Source: Mobula hypostoma
Lineage: Eukaryota
NCBI RefSeq assembly: GCF_963921235.1
Contig: NC_086097.1
Coordinates: 140,864,001 to 140,928,000, forward strand
Direction: 5' to 3'
Length of the DNA stretch: 64,000 nt
The notes beneath the pieces were generated by a model. It had not been told where the DNA came from. It worked only from the letters and a program-made list of their open reading frames with translations, and ran no database searches. A program made the translations under genes and the position numbers. This document shows, one piece after another, positions 1 to 13,049 of this stretch (positions within the stretch are counted from its first letter, which is position 1; each line of letters starts with the position of its first letter).

Positions 1-830
1 CCAGGGTTTGGCTGCTGGATTTTTCCTGACCTAACCCCCTGTCTGAATCCCTTCTCTGCCCCTTCCTCCTGAAGTCTTGCCATGTCCCTGCAACCTGTGT
101 CTGAAGCCTTGCCTCGCTTGGCCTCGCATGGAGCCTTGCCTCGCCTCGCCTGTAACCCTGGCCTGCACCCCTGTCAAGTTCAATCGCCGGAGCAAGATAA
201 GGAACTGTCTATCGTTGTTTTGAAGTGTCTCTGTGTCCAAGCCTTCGCTAGGTAGGTCCGGCCGTTTGCCGCTACCTAGTGTTCGGATCTGCCTTTGTGT
301 CCTTGCCTTCACTAGGTAGGTCCGGCTGTTTGCCGCTACCTAGTGTTGGGAACCGTCTGTATCCACGCCTTCGCAAGGTAGGTCAGGCCGTCTGCCGCTG
401 CCTTGTGTTGGAGAACCGTCTCGTTGTATTCTGCATTCTGTGTAATTAGTCCCGGCCCTATTTCCTGTACGCAAGGAGGGGTCCCGGCTCTGTGCTCCAT
501 GTTCCTGTCTCTCTCTCCACCAAGGCTCTGCGTTACTGTCTCTTCCTCGACCTAGTCAAAGCTTCGGGGTCTCCTCCAGTGCCAGCCAAGATCCTAGAAC
601 CTGCCCAAGCCATGGCTTTGTGTTCTCGTCTTGTCCATGTGTCTCGCCCAGCCCAGGAGTACCTGCCCAGCCCGGTGCTGGGGTTCCCTCGTCCTGTACT
701 CAGGGTCATTTGTCCTGTCCAGGAGTCTCACGTCCAGTCCTGTTGCTTCTCCTCGTCCTGTAGCCACGTCTTGTCCTCGCCTAGTTCTGGAGTCCGAGCC
801 AGAGTCAAGTCCCAGGTCCAATGTCCTTCA
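1..830. mobile_element. LTR-like repeat fragment related to the solo LTR at 51615-52999, with three ~63-bp internal tandem copies (about 241-420); truncated by the window start
   Basis: Shares motifs with the 51615 element (GTCCGGCCGTT.GCCG.TACCT, AGTCCCGGC.CTA, GTTCTGG.GTCCGAGCC). No terminal TGACA seen. Confidence 0.5.
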
Positions 831-1596
831 AGTCATCCAACTAGGATTATAACTCCGAGTGCTGGTTTTGACCCAAGCCACTATTCAGTTGGGGAAAGCA
901 ATGATATTCCATTGCTAACCCCACGTCCAACCATCCTCCTTTCGCAGCCGGGCTTCTGTCCGTCCGTGGCGGAGATAGATCCCGATCATGCATTAGTATT
1001 ATTGGGATACCAGCACCAGCTATGATGTAATGATTAAAATAATACATTTAAATATTTAATTTAACTACTTGCGAAATATTCTTTCGCTTAGTTTGGGATC
1101 CGGGTGTCCTTGTCGAGATCGCCATTTATTGCCAACTCCGCTATCCCTGAGAAGACATAACAGTGCCCAGAGGAGCAGGTGACGGGTTGGAGATTCAACT
1201 CGCAGCCTGACATCCCAAAGCATTTCTACCATCTGCAAGGCACAGGATAGAGAGTAATACAGAAGGTGGAGATAAGCTACTTCTTCGGACGCTGCAGCCC
1301 TTCTTGTGAAGGCGTTCTCCCAGTGCTGTGAAGGAGCACCGAGGTTTCGATTCACTAAGAACTGAGGACAGTTAAGTTATAGTGTGCTCCATTACTGGAC
1401 AGAATATAAAAGGGAACATCAACGTTTATGCTTTCTGCACCCTTCCGTTCTGTAGCAGTAGCCTAGTAGGTTGCACTTTGTAGATTTCTGCACCCACATT
1501 TAGTTTTGGGCGACTGAAGTTTCGGGTGGTAAATAGTTGTGAATTAAAAGCAAAACTTTATCCTGGAGATTAAAAAATGTTGACCCCGTTTATCTT

Positions 1597-2360
1597 AACA
1601 CGAGGAATTCTGCAAATGCTGGAAATCCAAAGCAACACACAAAAACTGCTGGAAGAACTCGGCAGGACAGATAGAATCTATAGAAATGAGTAAACTGTCG
1701 GCGTTTCGGGCTGAGACTCTTCTTCACGACTGGAAAGGAAGGGGGAAGACAACAGAATGAAAAGATCGGGGAAGGGATGAAGTTTAGCTAGAATGTGATA
1801 GGTGAGGCCAGGTGGGTAGAAAAGGTAAACTGCGGGCGAAGAATCAATTTAATAAGAGAGTAGAGTGGACGATAGTGACAGAAAAGGAGGTGGGGACCCA
1901 GGGTGAGGGGAAGGGCAGGAAGAAGTAAGGGGACTGAATGAGAAATGGAAGAAGAGGGGAGGGGGTAGATCTTTTTTAATCTAAGAAGGAATCAATGTTC
2001 ATGCGGTCAGGTTGGAGTTATCCCGGACGAAATATAGGATGTTGTTCCTCCACCCTGAGGGTGGCCTCATCGTGGCATAAAAGGAACCCATGGGTCAACA
2101 TGACAGAACTGTAGTGGGAATGACAGTTAAACCGTTTGGCCACCGGGAAGTTCCGCTTATGTCCGATGCAGCGTAGGTGCTAGACAAATCGCCCCCAATT
2201 TAAGACGGGTCTCATCAATATAGAGGAGGCCGCATAGGGGGCACTGGACACAGTAGGTGACCCCAGCAGATTCGCAGGTGAATTGTTATCTCATCAGTAA
2301 GGACGAAATCGAGGACTTTACACAGTTTATCGAAAAGAAAGGCAGGTGGAAATATAGTAT
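1597..2360 (-). mobile_element. Penelope-like element 3' fragment (GIY-YIG C-terminus, 3' UTR, terminal repeat)
   Basis: Collinear with the Penelope at 28092-28900. Paralogues at 22270-22490 and 36180-36360 translate as FTCESAGVTYCVQCPRCGLLY. Terminus AACACGAGGAATTCTGCA resembles the other copies. Confidence 0.8.
1696..1731 (-). ncRNA. Degenerate minimal hammerhead ribozyme in Penelope terminus
   Basis: Minus strand reads AGTC-GTGAAGA-AGAGTCTCAGCCC-GAAAC-GCC-GACA. Core CUGA is changed to GUGA and the GUC triplet to GCC. Confidence 0.5.
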
Positions 2361-2399
2361 AGGGTTCGGTGGCTCTTTCGTAAGGCCTGAAATCCATTA

Positions 2400-4995
2400 A
2401 TTAAGAAGATGTAGAATCCGTGTAGGTAAAGCTAAGATACTACAATGGAGTTATATGATGGGAGTTATATGCTGGCATCGGAACTGTAGCAAAGATATGG
2501 GCTACCAGTTACAAAAGGAGACAGAAAAGACATGTCAGAAAGGGAATATCACGATAGTCACAGGGAATTTCAATATGCAGGTGATTGAGAAAAACAAGTT
2601 GATGCTGGATCTCAAGAGGGGGCATTATCAGAATGTCCACAAGATGGCTTTATAGGGCAGCTCGTGGTTAAGCTACGAGGACATCGGCTATTCTATATTG
2701 GGCGATGTGCTAGGAACCGCTATTGATTAGCGAGCTTAGGGTAAAGGAACTCTTAGGTGACAGCGGTCATAATTTGATAGACTGCATTCTACAATTTGAG
2801 TGGGGAACCTAAAGTCAGGCGTATCAGAATTAAGTTGGTGTAAAGGGAATTACAGAGGCTCGAGAGAGAAGCCGACCAAGATAACCAAGAGATTAGAAGA
2901 GGACACAGGCAGGGATGATGGAAGAGCAGCAACGACTGGAATTCCTGAGAGCATTTCAGAAGGAGCAGGATAAGACGAATAGGTATTCCAACGGCAAGAT
3001 GACACAACTGTGGCTGACAAAAGAATCCAAAGCCAACATAAAAGCTAAAGAGAAAGAATATAAAAACAAATGAGAGGATATATAATACAGCAAAGATTTG
3101 TGGGAAGTTTGGTGATTGAGAAGCTTTTAAAGTCTAACAGATAGCAACTAAAAAATTCATAAAGATGGAATACGAAGATACGCTAACCAATAATATTAGA
3201 GAGGATGCTTAATGTTTCATCAGATAAGTAAAGGGGAAATGAGAGTCGGGAATACATGTTCGACTGCTGGAAATTTATGCTAGAGAGGTAGTAATGGAAT
3301 GCAAAGAAATGGAAGGTGAATCGATAAAGTATTTTCCACCGGTATTTACTAGGAAATACATTAACAGTGTGCTAGAGGTTCAAGGCTGTCATGGGGCAGA
3401 AGTGACCTTAGTTGACCTCACTAGGGAGAAGATGCTTAGGAAACTGAAAGGTCTGCGTTAGATAAATCACCTCGACTAGATAGTCCACACTCCAGAGTTC
3501 TGAAAGAGGTGGCTGAAGTCATTGTGGAGGCACTAGAAATAACCTTTCAATAATCAATAGATTCTGACATGGTCCTGGAGGACTAGAACGTTGCTAATGT
3601 CAGTCCGCTCTTCACAAGGGAGAGAAGCAGAAGAACGGAAAATATAGCCCAGTTAGTCTGACCTCAGTGGTTGGGAAGATTTTGGAGTCAATTGCTAATG
3701 ATGTGCTTTCGGGATAATTGGAGTCACATAGTAAAATAGGCTGAAGTCAGGTTGGTTCATTAAGGGAAAATCTTGCCTGGTAAAGCTGTTGGAAGGCCTG
3801 AAACCAATAATAATCAGAATAGACAAAAGAGAATCAATGGATGTTGTGTACTTGTTTTTTTCAAACCCCTTTGACAAAGTGCCGCACATCAGGCTGCTTA
3901 ACCGGTTAAAAGCAACGGTACTGCGGAACAGATACTGGCATCGACGGAGCATTGGATGATTGGCAGGAGGCATAGAGTGGGAATAAAGGGATTTTTTTTC
4001 TGGTCGGCTGCCAGTGACTACTGGTGTTTCACAAGTGTCTGCGTTGGGACCACTTCTTTTTACTTTCCATGTCAATGATTTCAATGACACAATTGATGGC
4101 GTAGTGGTCACGTGTGTGGACAATAGGAAGATAGATGGAGGAACAGGTTGTGATGAAGAAGTAGGAAAACTGCAGAAGGACTTCAGAAGGACTTTGAAGA
4201 ATGGCAAATAATTGGCATATGGAATTCAGTGTCAGGGAAATGTACAGTCATGCACTTTGGTAGAAGCAATCAAAGCATGGACTATTTTCGAAATGGAGTG
4301 AAAATTCAGAATTCCGCAGTGCAAATGGCCTTGGGTGTCCTCGTGCAGCATTCCGTAAACGGTAACTTGCAAGCTGAGTCCGTGGTGAGGAAGGCAAATA
4401 TAGTGTTAGCTTTCATTTTAAGGCGACGAGAATATCAAAACAAGGACGTAATGTTGATGCTCTATAAGGCACTGGTAAGGCCTCATTTGGAGTATTGTGA
4501 GCAGTTTTGGGCTCCTTATCTAAGAAAAGATGTGCTGACATTTGAGTGGTTTAGATGAAGTTAGCGAGGACGATTTTGGGAATGAACGGTTACAATCCGA
4601 GGACTGATTGATTGCTTTGTGCCTGTGTTACCTGTAATTCAGATAAATGAGGAGGATCTCATGAAAACGTATCAAATGTTGAGTGGCCTCTACAGAGTGG
4701 ATGTGGAAAGGATACTTCTTATTGGGGTGGCGGGAATCTAAGACCAGAGGGCACAGAATGGAGGGCACCCATTTAGAATGGAGATGATAAGGAATTAATT
4801 TTGCTGGAGAGGGATGAGTCTGTGGAATTCATTGGCATATGTGTCTGTGGAATCCGAGCCATTGTGCTGAGGTCGATAGATTCTTGATTAGTCAAGGCAG
4901 GAAGGGTTTCGTGGAGAAGGCAGGAGACAGGGCTGAGAGGGAGATGGAGCAGACTCGAAGGGTTAAGTGGGCTAATTTTTGCTCTATATGTTATG
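2400..4995 (+). mobile_element. CR1-type LINE ORF2 remnant (APE endonuclease end, RT, 3' end), degraded
   Basis: Fragments [43 protein letters not shown]; many stops and frameshifts. Confidence 0.9.
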
Positions 4996-5345
4996 ACTTA
5001 TGGATTCAATACAGGTAAGCTAAAAGGTGAATGGGCAGGTGCAATACTTTGGCTGCTTGCACGGAGGGACGAATCGAGAAGGGGACCACAAAAGGAAAGA
5101 TTGCTGTGGAAAGCAGGGAGTGCTGCGGGGAGGGCGCAGGAGCGGTAAAGGTATGTTAAGTGGTGGATTCCTTTGGAGATAGCAGAAGTTGTGGAGAATA
5201 ATGTGTTCGATGCGGAGGACCATCCGGTGGTAGATAAGAACAAGAGGAACACTATCACTGTTTAGGCAACGGGAAGACCTGGTCAGCACGGCCGTTAGGG
5301 AAATTGAGCAGATGTGGGTGAGTGCAGCGTCGATGGTGGGGGCAG
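4996..5345 (-). mobile_element. Penelope-like RT thumb fragment (paralogues near 25070-25400 and 38050-38400)
   Basis: LVLIYHRMVLRIEHIILHNFCYLQRNP matches LVLTYHPTSLRVQHIILRNFRHLQRDP in the 28519 ORF. Confidence 0.8.
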
Positions 5346-6396
5346 GGAAGGCACATATCCCAGCTTAAAATGCCTACTGTTTTTCATTTCCAGAGATGTT
5401 GCCTGACCAGCTGATTTCTTCCAGCATGTTGACTGCTTTCCTTCTCTTTATCTTCAATGACAAGCGTATTGGTTTTTCATTGCAAGCAGAACTTCCCAGT
5501 TCCTGATGTTGGATTAGACTGTGTAATTGGTATTTCTTTGCAGTTTAACTATTCTATGCCTGCTAGTGTTTTCTATAATTACCCGTGTATGTAATTGTTC
5601 AGAGTGTCCTCAAGTGGTTACAGTTATTTTGTTTTATTTTGGAAGTTTGTTGATTCGCTATCTTCTTTCCCTTCCCTTTCTTCATGGGCATTAGACTTTT
5701 GCTACTGTCCCTTTCCAATTCCTTTATTCTCCTGGAGCCTATTGCCACAATCATGGAGCCCTTCGTTTCATATTTCGTTCTTGACTTCTGAAAGACCCTT
5801 GGATCAAAAACATCAGAATCCAACACTGCTATCTCTCCACCAATAGTGACCATTTTAAGGTTGTGCATTTTATTGACATTCAATGAAGATGAAGGAGAAA
5901 AGAGAAGTCACGAACGGTCATCTAGTAAATAAGAACGTAAGAACTTCAGGAATGGGAGAAGGAGTACGCCATCTGACCCATCAACCCTGATGCACCATTC
6001 CATGAAACAATGACTCGGCTCCACCTATCTGTCTTTTCTAACCTTAATTTCTCGACTAATCAAAACCCTGTCTATGTATTAACTATATTTAATGAGGTAG
6101 CACCTATTGCCTTCCTAGCCAGAGAATTCCGCAGATTAGCCTCAGTAGTCCCAGCCGACCCTATGTCTTCTTATAGGCCAATCCCCCGCCACCCCCCCCC
6201 CAACGCCATCTTCAGAGTTAGCCGAGTAACCCGCTTCTGTATCACCTACAAAGCTAGTATATCTCTTCTCAAGTACGAGATCCGAAATATAGGCATATTC
6301 CAGATGTGGCCACACCAGTAACCCGTACAGTTGCTGTCCTCTATCAATGCTAATACATGACCCCCAAACCGTGCATCTATCTACAGATAAATCTGT

Positions 6397-8460
6397 TATA
6401 GAAACATAGAAACATAGAAAGCCTACAATGCAGGCCCTTCGCCGACAAAGCTGTGCCGAACATGTACTTACTATAGAAATTACCTAGGGTTATCCATAAC
6501 CCTCTATTTTTCTAAGCTCCATGTACCTATCCAGGTGTCTGTTACAATACCCTATCGTATCCGCCTCCTCCACTGTCGCCGGCAGCCCATTCCACGCACT
6601 CACCACTCTCTTTGTAAAAAAAAATACCCCTGACATCTCCTGTGCACGTACTTCCAAGCACCTTAAATCTGTGCCCTCTCGTGTTAGCCATTTCAGCCCT
6701 GGGAAAAAGCCTCTGACTATCGATATGATCAATGCCTCTCAGCATCTTATACACCTCTATCAGTTCACCTCTTATTCTCCTTCGCACCAAGGAGAAAAGG
6801 CCAAGTTCGCTCAACGCATTCACAGAATGCATGCTCCCCAATCCAGGAAATGTTCTTGTGAATCTCCTCTGAGCCCTTTCTATGGTTTACATATTCTTCC
6901 TGCAGTGAGGCGACCAGAACTGAGCACAGTACTCCAGGTAGGGTCTGACCAGGGTCCTATATAGATGCAACATTACCACTCGGTTCCTACGCTCAATCCC
7001 ACGATTCATGAATTTCATGCACCGTATGCCTTCTTAACCACAGAGTCAACCTGCTTAGCAGCTTTGAGTGTCCTATGGATTCTGACCCCAAATCCTTCTG
7101 AACCTCCACACAGCCAAGAGTCTGATCATTAGTAATATATTCTGCCTTCATATTTGACCTACCAATATGAACCACCTCACACTTATCTGGGTTGAACTCC
7201 ATCTATCAGTTCTCAGCACAGTTTTGCATCCTATCGATATCCCGTTGTAACCTCTGACAGCCCTTCACTATCCACAACAACCCCAACCTTTGTGTCCTCC
7301 GCAAATATACTAACCCATCCCTCCACTTCATCATCCATGTAATGTATAAAAATCACGAAGAGTAATGGCTGCTGAGCAGATCCCTGAGGCACACCACTGG
7401 TGACTGACCTCCATGCACAATGTGAGCCGTCTGCAACCATTCTTTGCCTTCTGTGGGCGTGCCAATTCTGAATCCACAAAGCAATGTCCCCTTGGATCTC
7501 ATGCCTCCTTACTTTCTCAATAAGCGTTGCATGGGGTACCTTATCAAATGCATTGCTGACATGCATATACAGTACCTCCACTACTCTACATTCATTAATG
7601 TGTTTAATCACATCCTCAAAAAATTCAATCAGGCTCGTAAGGTACGATGTGCCTTGGATAAAACCATGCTGACTATTTCTAATCATATTAATTCTCTTCA
7701 AATATTCATGAATCCTGCCTCTCAGGATCTTTTTCATCAACTTATCAACCACTGAAGTAGGTCTCACTGGTCTATAAATTCTGCCCTCTCTCTACTCCCT
7801 ATCTTGAAAAAGGGAACAACATCTGCAAGCCTCCAATACTCTGGTACCTCTCTCATCCTCACTGATGATGCAAAGATCATCACCAGAGGCTCAGCAATCT
7901 CCTCTCTCACCTCCCACATTAGCCTGGGGTACATCTCGTCCGGTCCTGTGATTTACCCAACTTGATGCTTTCCAAAACCCCGGCACGGCCTCTTTCTTAA
8001 TACCTATATGGTCAAACTTTTCAGTCCGCTGTAAGTAATCCCGACAATCATCAAGATCCTTTTCCGAGTGAATACTGAAGCAAAGTATTCATTAGATGCC
8101 TCTGTAATCCCCGGTTCCATACACACTTATCTACTGTCACACTTGATTGGTACTACTCTCTCACGTCTTATCCTCTTGCTCTTCACATACTTGTAGAATG
8201 GCTTGGGGGTTTCCTTCATCCGGTCCGCCAAGGCATTCTCATAGCCTCTTCTGGCTCTCCTAATTTCATTCTTATGCTCCTTCGTGCTTGCCTTATAATC
8301 TTCATTATCTCTATCATTACCTTGTTTTTTGAACCTTTTGTAAGCTCATGTTTTCTTCTTGCCTAGATTTACAACAACCTTTACACACCACGGTTCCTGT
8401 ACCCTACCATACTTTCCCTGTCTCATTGGAACGTACCTATGCAGAACTCCACACAAATAT
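6397..8460 (-). mobile_element. CR1-type LINE 3' half with (TTTCTATG)n tail
   Basis: Minus-strand [58 protein letters not shown]. The tail reads as ATAGAAAC repeats at about 6397-6420 on +. Confidence 0.92.
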
Positions 8461-9409
8461 GTCATGGTTCCGTTTGCCTGTTCCCCTTTAACGCTCCTTT
8501 CTCCCTGATTATGCTCTAATTTCAGTGATTAGATTTCCAATTGCTGCTAGTTTACTTGATTACAGAACACCTGGTTTTCATCAGAGACAGTGAAATAAAT
8601 ACGATAGCGTCACTATTACAGGTTGCCAGTTTGTTGGTCTATTCTCATGTGATACTTCGTTCTCCTGTCCGATTAGCACCGTTAGCTCTAAGTCTAGTTC
8701 AAAGATCAGCTCTAGTTTCAAGATACCTCCAGCATTTTCCGTGGATTTGGATTTCCAGCATCCACAGAACTTTTCCTTTCATAGAAGTGCTTACTAAAAA
8801 AAATGCTGACATAAACCTCTGGAAGTCAGGATGGTAGGAGCAGTGGGCGGGATGAATATTTATTGGTGGAATGTGCTGGAAAGGCAGAAAAAGCTGGAAG
8901 TGAATAAGACACCTGGTCCAGATGGCTTGTACCCAGAATTACTGAGGAAACTGGAGTCAAAGAATACAGAGAGTTGACATCATATTCCATTTCCCCAGGA
9001 TAAGGGGACCAGAGGACCGTGACACCTTTGTTTAGGAAAAAATGGATGCATTTTCCTGGAAACTATTGACCAATCAGTCCAAACAGGCAATTGAAGAGGA
9101 TATGCAGGTGAGCGAGCACGGGCTTGTAAAATGCAAATTGTATTATTTAATATAATCGATTATTTCATTAAGTAACAGAGAAGCTGATGTAAATCCATTG
9201 AACTAAAAAGCAAGCCCGGTCTCTCTGCACTAATATAATCTAATCAGCTGAATTTTTCTCACAACTTTGAACAGTGGCCAATCAGAGTGAGAAAACAAGG
9301 CTCACTCGGGTTCGCCGATTGATTACATAAGGCATCGATTGGTGACAATTTGGTTTCCGATCAGAGGTCAATCAGCGATTGAGATTGATTGGCAAGAACA
9401 CATTAAACT

Positions 9410-12150
9410 AAGTCAGGGGAAGCGGATGGGAACCAAAGTACCAGCGAAGATAGTGGAGAGGTTGTGGAGACAGATTCTTAAGACCTCAGACGAATTCAGG
9501 AATTAACAATTTAAGCATAGAGAGACCAATATTCTAAGCTGCATATATTTCAATGCAAGATGTACTGTAGGAAAGGCAGATGAGCTCAGAGCTTGGATCA
9601 ATACATGGAATTACGATATCATAGCCATTACTGAGACTTGGTTGCAGAAGGTGCAGGATTGGCAGCTCAATAATTCGAGTTCCGTTGTTTTGGACGTAAA
9701 AGGGGGGGAGAGATTAAAGAGCCAGGAATGGCGTTACTAGTCAGGGAAAATCTGTGGACACGTGGCAAACTGTTGCATGAGCTTGTTTCTTGCAACAGTA
9801 GTAGGTGATTTTAACATTCCAACCACCCAACGTTTTAACCACCGAACAATCACCGAGGATCAGATGAACAAATCGTAGACTATTACAAGAAATATAACGT
9901 TGTAATCATACTATGTGGTTTTAACTTTCCACATATTGACTATGACTCCCATACGGTAAAAAGACGAGATGGGATTGAGTTTCGCATATGTGTTCAGGAA
10001 ACTACCCTTACTCAGTACGTAGACGATTGTGCAATCAGAGAATGTGTGATACTTCATCTTCTCTCCGGGAATGAGGCAGGGTGGGTGTTCGAAGTTTATT
10101 TCGGGGAACACTTTGCATCTAGTCATCATAATGCTAGTAGTTTCAAGGTAAATATGGAAAATGATAGGTCTGGTTCGTGGGTCGAGATTCTAAATCGGAC
10201 AAAGGCCATTTTTGATGGTATCAGAAAGGATCTGGTAAGTATGAATTCGGACAGTTTGATTCTGCAAAGGTGTTCCAGCTAAGTCGGTGCCTTCAGAAGT
10301 GAATTCCGAGAGTACAAAGCTCGTACAGGCCTGTCAGAATAAACGGTAAAGATAACAGATGTAAGGAAACCTAGTTTTCAAGAGATATGGAGCGCCTGAT
10401 CCAAAAAAAAAACAAGGTGCATTGCAGGTAGGAACAGATGAGGTACGTATTGAGTATAAGAAATGCAAGAGAATATGTAACAATAAAACAGGAAGGCAAA
10501 AAGAAATCATGGAGTTGGCTTAGCAGACATGATGAAGGAGAATCCTAAGGGATTCTACAGATACATTACGAGCAATAGGTTTGCAAGGGACAAAATTGAT
10601 CCTCTGGAAGATCAGAATGGTAATCTATCCGTGCAGCCAAACGAGATGGGAGAGATCTTAAATGGATTTTGGCTTTGCATCTGTATTTACTCAGGAGGTG
10701 GATACAGAGTCTTTGGGAGTGAGGCAAATCTGCGGCGAGGTCATGGACCCTCAACACATTACAGAGCAGTCGGTGTTTGCTGTCTTGAGGCAAAACATGG
10801 TGTATAAATTCCCAGGGACTGAGAAAGAGTTCCTTTGAACCCTGTGGCAGGAGAGTGCAGAAATTGCAGGGCCCAAGCAGAAATATTTAGATAATCCTTG
10901 ACAACAGGTGGCATACCGGAAGATTCGAGGGTAGCTAATATTGTTCTGCTGTTTAAGAACGGCTCTAAGTGTAATCCAGGAAATATTGACTGGTGAATCT
11001 GACTTTAGTAATAGGAAATTTATTGGATATTATTCTAAGGGATCGGACAGATGAGTATTTGCATAGATATGGACTGATTTGGCACAGTGAGCGTGGCTTT
11101 TTGCGTGGTAAATTGTGGCTAACAAATCTTGTAGACACTTTTTTAGCAGGTTACCAGGAATATTGATGAAAGCAAGGCAGTGGATGCTGTCTACATGGAG
11201 GTTAGTGAGACATTTAACAAGGTCCCGCATGAAAGGTTGGTCGTGAAGTTTCAGTTCTTTGTCAGTCAAGATGAGGTAGTAAATTAGCTTAGACATTGCC
11301 TTTGTGGGAGAAGCCACAGAATAGTAGTAGGTGGTTTCCTCTCTGATTGGAGACATTTGACTAGTGGCGTGCCGCAGGGATCGATGTTGGGTCTGTTCAT
11401 TGCCATCTAGAGCAAGGATCTGAATGATTATGTGATTAAGTGGATCAGCAAATTTGCGAATGACACCAAGATTGGAAGTGTTGTGAACAGCGAGGATGAC
11501 TATTAGAGCTTGTAGCAGGATCCGGAGAGCTGGAGAATTGGGCGGAAAAATTGCAGGTAGAATTTAATGCAGGAAAGTGCGAGGTGTTGCACTTCGTTAG
11601 GGCCAACCAAGGTAGGTCTGAGGAGCGTACTAGATAATGGGATCTGGGGATACAGGTCCGTAATTTATTGAAAGTGTCTCCGCGGGTAGATGTGGCTATA
11701 ACGAAAACTTTTAATACATTGTCCTTCGTTCATCAAAAAATTCAGTGCAGGATATCGGAAGTTAAATTGAAGTTGAAAAAGATGTTCGCCAGACCTACTA
11801 TGGAGTATTGTGTGCAGTTTTGGTCACCTACATACAGGCAAGATGTAATAAGGCTGAAGGAATGAAGATAAAAATTACAAAGATATTGCCAGGACTTGAG
11901 AACCTGAATTATAAGGAAACATTGAATAGGTTAGGACTTTATTCCTTGGAACATAGAAGGTGGAGCGGAGATTTGAAAGAGGTATACAAAATTATGAAGG
12001 GTATAGATCAGCTTTTCCCACTGGGTTTGAGTGTGTCTACAACTAGAGGTGATTGGTTAAGAGTGAAAGGTGAAAAGTTTAAGAGGAACATAAAGGGAAC
12101 CTTCTTGACTCAGATGTTTATTGGGGAGTAGAACGAACTGCGAGTGCTGC
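9410..12150 (+). mobile_element. CR1-type LINE remnant (ORF1 end and ORF2 with internal deletions)
   Basis: CIYFNAR..GKADELRAWI..IAITETWL, KENPKGFYRYI, MEYCVQFWSP, LNRLGLYSLEHRR. Confidence 0.9.
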
Positions 12151-12189
12151 TGGTACGTGCGAGCTCGATTTCGACGTCCCATCAGGGAG

Positions 12190-12560
12190 ACGTTTGGCAA
12201 CACTGTGGACACTGCGAGGCTCATTAATATCAATGACACTGAGGTAGGAAATCAGCTGAGAAGGTGAGGCAGGGTGAGGGGAAACTCAGCGCTTCCATCA
12301 GGGACAATTTAGAGAGCACTCTATACACAGGGTAACATAGCGAAACCGCAGAGATCACTGTTTCAGTCGGAGTTTGAGGAGATGTGATGTGTCAGCAGAG
12401 AATCCTGTCGTACTTTTACAGATATACCACGGAGAATATTCAGCTTGTTTGGAGCATGCAATACAAGAGGTTGTAGAGGGTTGTAGACTCAATCAGATCC
12501 CTCACGGGCACAACCATTATCGCCATCGAAGACATTTTAGGAGACTCTGCTTGAGGAGAT
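12190..12560 (+). mobile_element. Rex1/Babar-like LINE RT C-terminal relic upstream of each V (paralogues near 18020-18300, 31810-32270, 45450-45890)
   Basis: Translates across lesions as ILSYFYRYTTENI..KRL*RVVDSIRSLTGTTIIAIEDIFRRLC, resembling the Rex1 motif ILxxFYRCTIESI..LQRVV..ITGTxLPxIxDIY..RC. Confidence 0.6.
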
Positions 12561-12854
12561 CATTCTCAGAGGTCTCGGCAAGAGATAGGAGGGTTTTACT
12601 GACAGTGGGGTTCTGGGAGGTGGAACGAGATTGGTAACCACCAGAGTATAACATTGGTAGATATATTTCTGCAATCTCGACCGGAAAATTTAAATCTGCA
12701 TCACTCCACTAATATTGCCTGGCTTGTTGTGTGTTTCCATAATTTCCTGGTCTTGTTTACGATAAAGATCAGTTTTAATCGGAATAAATTGTGCAAACAG
12801 GACCGAGGGGCCGAGTAGCATTTAGGGATATTCAAGCCAACCTCCCCAAATGAT

Positions 12855-13049
12855 GAAAGGAAGAAATGAACTGTGGCGTGCCCCACCCCTGACAGCCGTT
12901 CCCTAAGAAAGGCGGCGCTACTAGCTTCATGCAAAGAAGTGATTTGGACACGGTTCGGGGTAGGAACTGAGGCGGGTTCAGCCCCGAAAACAAAAGCTGA
13001 TAAACTGCGCTTCCTCTTAGATTCCAAACACTGACCCGGCGCAACAAGC
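12855..13049 (+). promoter_or_regulatory. Putative V1 proximal promoter: GGAAG 12859, TGTGGC 12872 (RUNX-like), TGATAA 12998 (GATA), CTTCCT 13010 (ETS)
   Basis: Position directly upstream of the ATG and motif conservation in V1, V2 and V4. Motif matches only. Confidence 0.45.

Noticed and set aside
5599-5883. 94-aa minus-strand ORF also open at 25658-25942
   Set aside because: No recognisable domain, low-complexity sequence, disrupted in unit 4; persistence is explained by recent duplication.
12195-12250. J-like read TFG..TARLI with CACTGTG and a GAG|GTAGGA donor (also near 31825 and 45465)
   Set aside because: No nonamer at 12 or 23 nt, no FGxG, and the stretch is part of the Rex1-like relic.
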